64,000 nt of DNA from Ferrovibrio sp. Its GTDB lineage: Bacteria; Pseudomonadota; Alphaproteobacteria; Ferrovibrionales; Ferrovibrionaceae. The DNA is taken from assembly GCF_965278975.1 (NCBI RefSeq), contig NZ_OZ257126.1:3653113-3717112 (forward strand), given 5' to 3'. Shown here in pieces: positions 58,309-64,000 of the stretch; positions within the stretch are counted from its first letter, which is position 1, and the number at the start of each line of letters is the position of its first letter. Under the pieces are notes generated by a model. The model had not been told where the DNA came from and ran no database searches. It was given only the letters and a program-made list of their open reading frames with translations. A program made the position numbers and the translations under genes.

Positions 58309-59631
58309 TTAGGAAATGACTTCCTTGGCAGCCCGGATCAGGTTGTCGATATGCCAGCCCTGGAACAGGCGGATGCCGGCAGCCTGGCCGGCGCGCAGCG
58401 CCTCGTCGGTCTCGCAGCGCGCCATGATCACCCGGTTCGGGTCGGCATCGACGATCTTCTGCTGGATGTCCTTGGCCACCCAGTCGTCGTGATGATCCTT
58501 GAAATAGAACAGTTTGATGAAATCGGCGCGCAGTTCCTTGCGGCCGAACAGGCCGAGCAGATCGGGTGTGATGCCGTCGATCAGGATGCGGTAGCCGTTA
58601 TTCTGCAGGAATTCGCAGGCCAGCAGGTATTCGGCATAATCCCAGAACACGTCCCAACGCTGCAACTCGACAATAATCTGCTCTTTCTTGACGATATTGC
58701 CGATGCGGCTGTCGAAATCGCGGAACTGGTCGCTCAGCACCGTCGAGACATTGAGGTTGATCGAGAAGGGGCCGCTGTTGCGGGTGACGAAGCCATCCAG
58801 CAGCGAACGGAACACGCGGCTGTCCAGCGTGCGTGTCAGATACTGAAACAGGGCGCGCGAGCCGCGCAGGTTCACATTCGGCGCGATGGCTTGGCGCAAT
58901 TCGTTCACGCCGACATAGATTTCCTGGAAGATCGGCTTCGGCGGCTGATTGCCGAATACCACGGAAATCGGCTGACGGCGCATGAAGGTGGTAACATCCG
59001 CCTTCTTCAGGATGTCTTCGATCTGCTGCAACGCGCCGGGCGTGATCGGCACGCCATCGGTGGCGCCGGCGCCGGTGCCGGCCTTGGCCAGCAGGCGCTT
59101 GCGGCGCTCGGAATAGACGCGGAAACGCTGCGCCATCGCGTCCATCCATTCCTGGAGCTCATCCAGGTTATGGTCGAAGCGATACCAGCGCACGGCATTC
59201 TCGGCTTCCTCGGGCGTGAGGCCGATGGCGACGTTGTTGCGGGTCAGCACATCATCGATTTCGAGCACCATCTTCTCGAAGCTCTGCTCGAAGAAGCGCT
59301 CGGAGAGGCGGGCGAAAAGCACGATGGAATAGTCGTGCAGCGTGTAATAGCTGCCTTCGTATTTCGACATCAGCGAGCGGATCGCGTGCACTACAATGTT
59401 GTAGCTTTCGCGGTTACGCTCGAAATTCTTCGGATTGACGAACTGCATGATGGCGCAGATACGGCCGCCAAAGATTTTGCCGCGTACAATGCGGTCGAAG
59501 TCCGTGAACATCTTCTCGTCATCGGACGCCGGCGTCGTATTGTTGACCTCGCTCATCATCGACTCGGCCGCTTTCTCCCACCCCGGGGGCTGCACCGCGC
59601 CGCCTCCGGTCAAAAATACCGTCTGCGACAC
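58309..59631 (-). CDS. Degenerate EAL-domain protein
   Basis: QP, SINLN, VEL, IKL and FQGW landmarks present; EAL reads EIY, DDFG reads DGIT, EGVE reads RCE. Start is GTG 59631 or ATG 59559. Confidence 0.75.
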   Translation of the reverse strand: MSQTVFLTGGGAVQPPGWEKAAESMMSEVNNTTPASDDEKMFTDFDRIVRGKIFGGRICAIMQFVNPKNFERNRESYNIVVHAIRSLMSKYEGSYYTLHDYSIVLFARLSERFFEQSFEKMVLEIDDVLTRNNVAIGLTPEEAENAVRWYRFDHNLDELQEWMDAMAQRFRVYSERRKRLLAKAGTGAGATDGVPITPGALQQIEDILKKADVTTFMRRQPISVVFGNQPPKPIFQEIYVGVNELRQAIAPNVNLRGSRALFQYLTRTLDSRVFRSLLDGFVTRNSGPFSINLNVSTVLSDQFRDFDSRIGNIVKKEQIIVELQRWDVFWDYAEYLLACEFLQNNGYRILIDGITPDLLGLFGRKELRADFIKLFYFKDHHDDWVAKDIQQKIVDADPNRVIMARCETDEALRAGQAAGIRLFQGWHIDNLIRAAKEVIS

Positions 59632-59769
59632 TATGACAAATTATGTCCCAGCTAAAAAGCCGGATCATTGGTTAATAACCTTCGCGAGGATAATAAAGCA
59701 TTAATTTCTCGCCATCTGGCGGGATCACACTGGTGTGACGTAAGAATATTACGCCGCTGGGAGGGGCCG

Positions 59770-61425
59770 TCAGCGCAGGCGGCGGGCAGCCAGGGCTTCG
59801 GCGGTGTCGATGTCGTTCAGCACGGCATCCTCCCCGGCATCCACCTCGCAGACCCAGTCGGAAAGCTGCTCCAGCAGCCGCCGGGCGCCGCTATCTCCGT
59901 CCAAGCCTTTGAGTTGATTGAAGAACTGGGCGCCCCAGAGAATCGGGTTGCCACGTTTGGAGCCCACCACCGGTACGCAGATGGCGCGGCCTTCCACCGG
60001 GTTGAAGGCGGAAATCAGCTTGTCCAGCACGCGTGCCGACACGTCCGGCATGTCGCCGAGGCAGATCAGGGCGCCGTCCAGTCCTTCGGGCAGGGCGCGG
60101 ATGCCGGCCACCAGGGAGGTGGCGAGGCCCTCGGCAAACCGGGGGTTATGGGTGAAGCCGAGGCCGTCTGGGGCAGCCGCCCCGGCGAGGGCTGCTGCCT
60201 GCACCTCCTCGGCGCGGTGGCCGGTCACCACCAGCACGGGCCGGGCCGGGGAGGCCAGCACATGCTCCACCACATGGCGCAGGATCGGCTTGCCCTCCAG
60301 GTCGGCCAGCAGCTTGTTGCCGCCCTGCATACGGCTGGACAGGCCGCCGGCCAGGATCACGGCGGCGATGCGTGGCCGCCTGGGAGTATCGGGTGCCGGG
60401 GTCTCCTTGGCGCCGGCCGCCAGTCCTGATCGCGGCATCGGCCGGGTGGGGATTTCCTTCAGCAGGCCGCCGGCCCCCATGCGCATGATCTCGGCCCGGC
60501 CAACACCGAGGCCGGCGCAGAGGCGCTGCAACACCCAGTCGAAGCCATTCAGCTTCGGCGAGCGGGCGCAGCCCGGCACGCCGACCACCGGCACTTCGGC
60601 GATACGGCCGATCAGCAGCAGGTTGCCGGGATCCACCGGCATACCGAAATGCTCGACAATGCCGCCGGCCGCGACGATGCCGGCCGGCACCACATCCTGG
60701 CGGTCGACGATGGCGGTACCGCCGAACACCATGATCGGCGCGCAGCCCTGTTCGCGCAGCTGCGCCACGCAGATGCCGATGGCAGTGGCGTCATGCTCGC
60801 AGATCAGGCTGCCGCCGAGATCGCTGCCCAGGCGCAGCAGGCGTTCGCGCAGGGCGGCCTCGGTCTTGGCCAGCACGCTATCCTTGGTGCCGTCCACGCG
60901 GGTCATCACCAGACCGACGCGGCGTGCCTCGAACGGCGCCACGCGCACCAGCGGGCCGTCTTGCGCCGCGATTTCAGCCGCGCGCTCTACCACATCGCGC
61001 GGCGCGGCAAAGGGGATGATCTTCACGGTCGCCAGCATCTGGCCCGGTTCCACTACCTCGAAAGGCGCCACCGTGGCGATGGTAACGGCTTCATGCAGCA
61101 GGTTCAGTTCATCGACGCGGGCTGGCTCCAGCACGGCGATGCCGGCGGTCTCGGCGTAGATATTGGCGCGGCCGGTGAAAGCCGTGGCGGCGCGCGCCGC
61201 GCTGCCTGTCGCGGCCTCGGCGATCCGGCTTGCGGCCTGATCCTCGGGCACATCATCCGGCCCCAGCCGGGCGGCATAGACGCTGTCCAGCCCTTCCTGC
61301 AGCAAGGCTGCAACATCCTCCGCGCTCAGCACGCGGCCCTTGCGGAAGCGTTGTGTGCCGACGCTGATCGAATGGCCGAGGATGCAGCCCGCCGCCTCGC
61401 GTGCCGGAAGGGGACCGAAGAACAT
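59770..61425 (-). CDS. Molybdopterin-binding domain fused to MocA/MobA-like nucleotidyltransferase
   Basis: MPVDPGNLL, PGCARSPKLNG, ILAGGLSSRM-G-NKLL, LGDMP and GNPILW motifs. Confidence 0.9.
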   Translation of the reverse strand: MFFGPLPAREAAGCILGHSISVGTQRFRKGRVLSAEDVAALLQEGLDSVYAARLGPDDVPEDQAASRIAEAATGSAARAATAFTGRANIYAETAGIAVLEPARVDELNLLHEAVTIATVAPFEVVEPGQMLATVKIIPFAAPRDVVERAAEIAAQDGPLVRVAPFEARRVGLVMTRVDGTKDSVLAKTEAALRERLLRLGSDLGGSLICEHDATAIGICVAQLREQGCAPIMVFGGTAIVDRQDVVPAGIVAAGGIVEHFGMPVDPGNLLLIGRIAEVPVVGVPGCARSPKLNGFDWVLQRLCAGLGVGRAEIMRMGAGGLLKEIPTRPMPRSGLAAGAKETPAPDTPRRPRIAAVILAGGLSSRMQGGNKLLADLEGKPILRHVVEHVLASPARPVLVVTGHRAEEVQAAALAGAAAPDGLGFTHNPRFAEGLATSLVAGIRALPEGLDGALICLGDMPDVSARVLDKLISAFNPVEGRAICVPVVGSKRGNPILWGAQFFNQLKGLDGDSGARRLLEQLSDWVCEVDAGEDAVLNDIDTAEALAARRLR

Positions 61426-61428
61426 GCG

Positions 61429-62148
61429 TCAGGCCGCGGCGCTGGCGGTGGCCACGACCGGCTGGCGCAAAGCCTGGGTCATCTGACCGAGGATGGAGAT
61501 GGCGATTTCCGCCGGTGTCTTGGCGCCGATGGAAAGGCCGACGGGGCCATGGATACGGGCAAGGTCGTCCGGCCCGAAGCCGGCAGCCGTGAGGCGTTCG
61601 ATCCGCGCGGCATGGGTTTTCTTGCTGCCCAATGCGCCGATGTAGAACACATCCGATTTCAGCGCCGCGTGCAGCGCCGGATCATCCACCTTCGGATCAT
61701 GGGTCAGCGTCACCACGGCGGTGCGGATATCGGGCTTCAACTGCGCCATGGCTTCATCCGGCCAGTCATTCGACAGCCACACGCCGGGGAAGCGCGCTTC
61801 GCTGCCAAACGCGCTGCGCGGATCGATCACCGCCAGCTCATAGCCGGCGAATTGCGCCATCGGCACCAGGGCCTGGGCGATATGCACGGCGCCGACCAGG
61901 ATCAGCCGCAGCGGCGGATTGAACACGTTGAGGAAGAGGGGGCCCTGCTCGGTATCGATGGTGCGCGGCTTGTCTTCCAGCATGGCGGCGCGTGCCGCCT
62001 CGCCGATGCGTGGGTCGATATCCTTCAGGCCCTTCTTGCCATAGAGGTAGAGCAGGCGCTGTTCGCCGGTTTCAAGAAACGTCGCCAGCACCACCGGCGT
62101 CTTGGCGGCGCGGTCGGCCTGTAGCTGTTCGAGGATTGCCTGTTTCAT
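61429..62148 (-). CDS. XdhC family molybdenum-cofactor insertion chaperone (C-terminal part)
   Basis: GAVHIAQAL, THDPKVDD, YIGALGS and GPVGLSIGAKTPAEIA motifs. Confidence 0.92.
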   Translation of the reverse strand: MKQAILEQLQADRAAKTPVVLATFLETGEQRLLYLYGKKGLKDIDPRIGEAARAAMLEDKPRTIDTEQGPLFLNVFNPPLRLILVGAVHIAQALVPMAQFAGYELAVIDPRSAFGSEARFPGVWLSNDWPDEAMAQLKPDIRTAVVTLTHDPKVDDPALHAALKSDVFYIGALGSKKTHAARIERLTAAGFGPDDLARIHGPVGLSIGAKTPAEIAISILGQMTQALRQPVVATASAAA

Positions 62149-62489
62149 CCGTCCAGCCGCTCCACATAAACCTGAATCTTGCCGCCGCAGGCAAGGCCGA
62201 CTTCCCAGGCCTGGGCATCCGACACGCCGAAGCTCAACAGCCGCGGCTTGCCATCCTGAATCGCATCCAGGCCCTCGGTGACCACGGCGCCTTCGATGCA
62301 GCCGCCGGAAACCGAGCCGAGGAAGCGCCCTTCATCATCGATCACCAGTTGGCTGCCCACGGGACGCGGCGCCGAGCCCCAGGTGGTGACCACCGTGGCG
62401 ATGGCGACGCCCTTGCCGCCAGCCTTCCAGGCCAGGGCCTCGGCGAGCAGATCTTCGCGCGCCACATTATTCTCATGCGCAGGATTCAT
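62145..62489 (-). CDS. XdhC/CoxI N-terminal domain protein
   Basis: ATVVTTWGSAPRPVGS, GSVSGGCIE and VGLACGG motifs. Confidence 0.92.
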   Translation of the reverse strand: MNPAHENNVAREDLLAEALAWKAGGKGVAIATVVTTWGSAPRPVGSQLVIDDEGRFLGSVSGGCIEGAVVTEGLDAIQDGKPRLLSFGVSDAQAWEVGLACGGKIQVYVERLDG

Positions 62490-63721
62490 GCCGCCATCCT
62501 TCCCAGATTCTGTTTCAGCCGGTTGCCGATCTCGTTCTGGCCGCTCAAGGCGGCAGCGAGTTCGGCCACAGAGTTTAGATTGTGCACGGGACGGAAGTCG
62601 TCAACATGCGGCAGAATGGCGCGGATGCCCAGCGCCTTCGGCTCGAAGCCATCCCAGCGCAGCAGCGGGTTGAGCCAGATCAGCCGCTTGCATGACTTGT
62701 GCAGCCGTTCCATTTCGCGCGCCAATTGCGGCCCCGGTTCGCGGTCCAGGCCATCGGTGAGCAGCAGCACAATGGCGCCCTGGCCGAGCACGCGGCGCGA
62801 CCAGAAGCGGTTGAACTCGGCCAGGGTGGCGCCGATGCGGGTGCCGCCGGACCAGTCCGGCACACGCGAGCCGACATCGGCGAGCGCCTTATCGACATCC
62901 TTCTGGCGCAGCAGGCGCGAGACATTCGACAGCCGCGTGCCGAACAGGAAGCTGTGCACGCGATGGCGGTCGTTGCTCAAGGCATGCATGAAATGCAGGA
63001 ACATGCGGCTGTACTGGCTCATCGAGCCGGAGATGTCGCACAGGATAACCAGCGGCGGCTCACGCGTGACGGTGGATTTGCGCACCAGCGGGATGGCGCC
63101 GCCGCCAAGCCGCAGCGAGCGCCGCAGCGTGGCGCGCAGATCGATGCGCGGGCCGTTTGCGTCAAGCTGGAAGCGCCGTGTGCGGCGCGGCGGGAAGGGC
63201 CAGGCGATGCGCGCCAGGGCATTGCGCGCAGCAGTCACTTCCTCGGCGCTCATCTCGGCGAAATCCTTGGTTTGCAGCAGCTCGCTGGCCGAGAAGGTGA
63301 GCGTGGCGTCAAGCTCGATCTCGCGCTCGCCGTTATCGTCCTTCGGCTTGCCCTGGCGGTCCGGCATCAGTGCCTGCTGCACGCGGCGCGACATTTGATG
63401 CTTCTGCGGTTCGGCGCCGCCCTCGGCCTCGGGCAGCATCATGCGCATCAGGCGTTCGAGGATTTTCGGATCGCGCCAGAAGATATGGAACGCCTGGTCG
63501 AACAATTCGCGCTGGTCGCGGCGGTTCACCAGCACAGAGAACAGCGTCCAGTAGAGATCGTCGCGCCGCTTGATGCCGGCGGCTTCCACCGCACGCACCG
63601 CTTCCAGGGCCTTGCCGGGGCCAAGCCGCAGACCGGCGGCGCGCAGCATGCGCACGAAATGCACGATATTCTCGGCGAAGCGACCGCCTTCCGGGCTTTC
63701 GCTTGGCGCCATCAGGTTCAT
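62486..63721 (-). CDS. coxE: VWA-domain protein CoxE-like
   Basis: CDISGSM MIDAS, FLFGTRL, WSGGTRIG, LTDG and IWLNPLL motifs. Confidence 0.88.
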   Translation of the reverse strand: MNLMAPSESPEGGRFAENIVHFVRMLRAAGLRLGPGKALEAVRAVEAAGIKRRDDLYWTLFSVLVNRRDQRELFDQAFHIFWRDPKILERLMRMMLPEAEGGAEPQKHQMSRRVQQALMPDRQGKPKDDNGEREIELDATLTFSASELLQTKDFAEMSAEEVTAARNALARIAWPFPPRRTRRFQLDANGPRIDLRATLRRSLRLGGGAIPLVRKSTVTREPPLVILCDISGSMSQYSRMFLHFMHALSNDRHRVHSFLFGTRLSNVSRLLRQKDVDKALADVGSRVPDWSGGTRIGATLAEFNRFWSRRVLGQGAIVLLLTDGLDREPGPQLAREMERLHKSCKRLIWLNPLLRWDGFEPKALGIRAILPHVDDFRPVHNLNSVAELAAALSGQNEIGNRLKQNLGRMAA

Positions 63722-63723
63722 TG

Positions 63724-64000
63724 TTACAGCCCCGCCAGTTCCTGCTGCACCTGGCGCAGGATGGCGGCAGCTTCGCTGCCCTGCATTTTCGCTATATCAT
63801 CCTGATACTTGAGCAAGACGCCGAGCGTATTATCGATGGTCTCCGGGTCCAGCGCCACCTTGTCGAGGAAGGTCAGCGCCCGGGTCCAGTCGATGGTCTC
63901 GGCGACACCCGGCAGCTTGAACAATTCCTCATTGCGCAAAGCCTGCACGAAGCGGACGATCTCCTGGCTCAGCCGCTTCGGCGCACCTGGCACCTTGCGC
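63724..64000 (-). CDS. coxD: MoxR/CoxD-like AAA+ ATPase, 3' end (truncated by window edge)
   Basis: KLPGVAETIDW and TLGVLLKYQDD C-terminal motifs; frame stays open past 64000. Confidence 0.85.
   Translation of the reverse strand, partial: RKVPGAPKRLSQEIVRFVQALRNEELFKLPGVAETIDWTRALTFLDKVALDPETIDNTLGVLLKYQDDIAKMQGSEAAAILRQVQQELAGL

Noticed and set aside
59660-59710. CtrA full site upstream of the EAL gene
   Set aside because: Best match is TTAA-N7-TTAT plus a half-site in AT-rich DNA; not distinguishable from chance.
61429-62489. Split XdhC as a frameshift or pseudogene
   Set aside because: Both halves have their own starts and a 4-nt ATGA-type overlap; split XdhC/CoxI genes are common in alphaproteobacteria.

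Overview
High-GC, gene-dense chromosomal window from an alphaproteobacterium (probably Rhodospirillales-like; inferred from divK-pleD, eipB, phasin/phaC, FeS-type photolyase and the coxD/coxE/xdhC cluster). Most of it is core genome: D-Ala-D-Ala carboxypeptidase, phasin, clpS-clpA, a soluble MCP-like protein, a peptide ABC transporter, a Rid-Rid-GDPD-GNAT-HIT-TPR operon, GGDEF, divK-pleD, two TonB-dependent receptor loci with Fur-like boxes, rpmG, two Nudix genes, rnr, topA, phaC, aminotransferase-hom-glpX-recJ, tRNA-Glu, an autotransporter-like barrel, adenylate cyclase, photolyase, purU, a degenerate EAL protein and molybdo-hydroxylase maturation genes. I see no transposase, integrase, reverse transcriptase, Cas gene or CRISPR array. 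The most unusual feature is non-coding: a 262-nt, almost fully base-paired multi-branch element at 14933-15194. It has a 31-bp closing stem and two sister arms whose internal loops are reciprocally complementary, and its G.U/UUCG signatures favour a + strand RNA. I cannot assign it to a known RNA class. Other notable items are a near-consensus parS site (26579-26594), a sigma54 promoter with an FlbD-like ftr enhancer driving an HGDEF-variant GGDEF gene, a passenger-less autotransporter barrel paired with a secreted protein, a REP-flanked hairpin cluster at 57528-57740, and two small genes missed by the ORF track (rpmG and a 24-aa membrane peptide). Start codons were adjusted by eye using RBS and signal-peptide evidence; no database searches were run.
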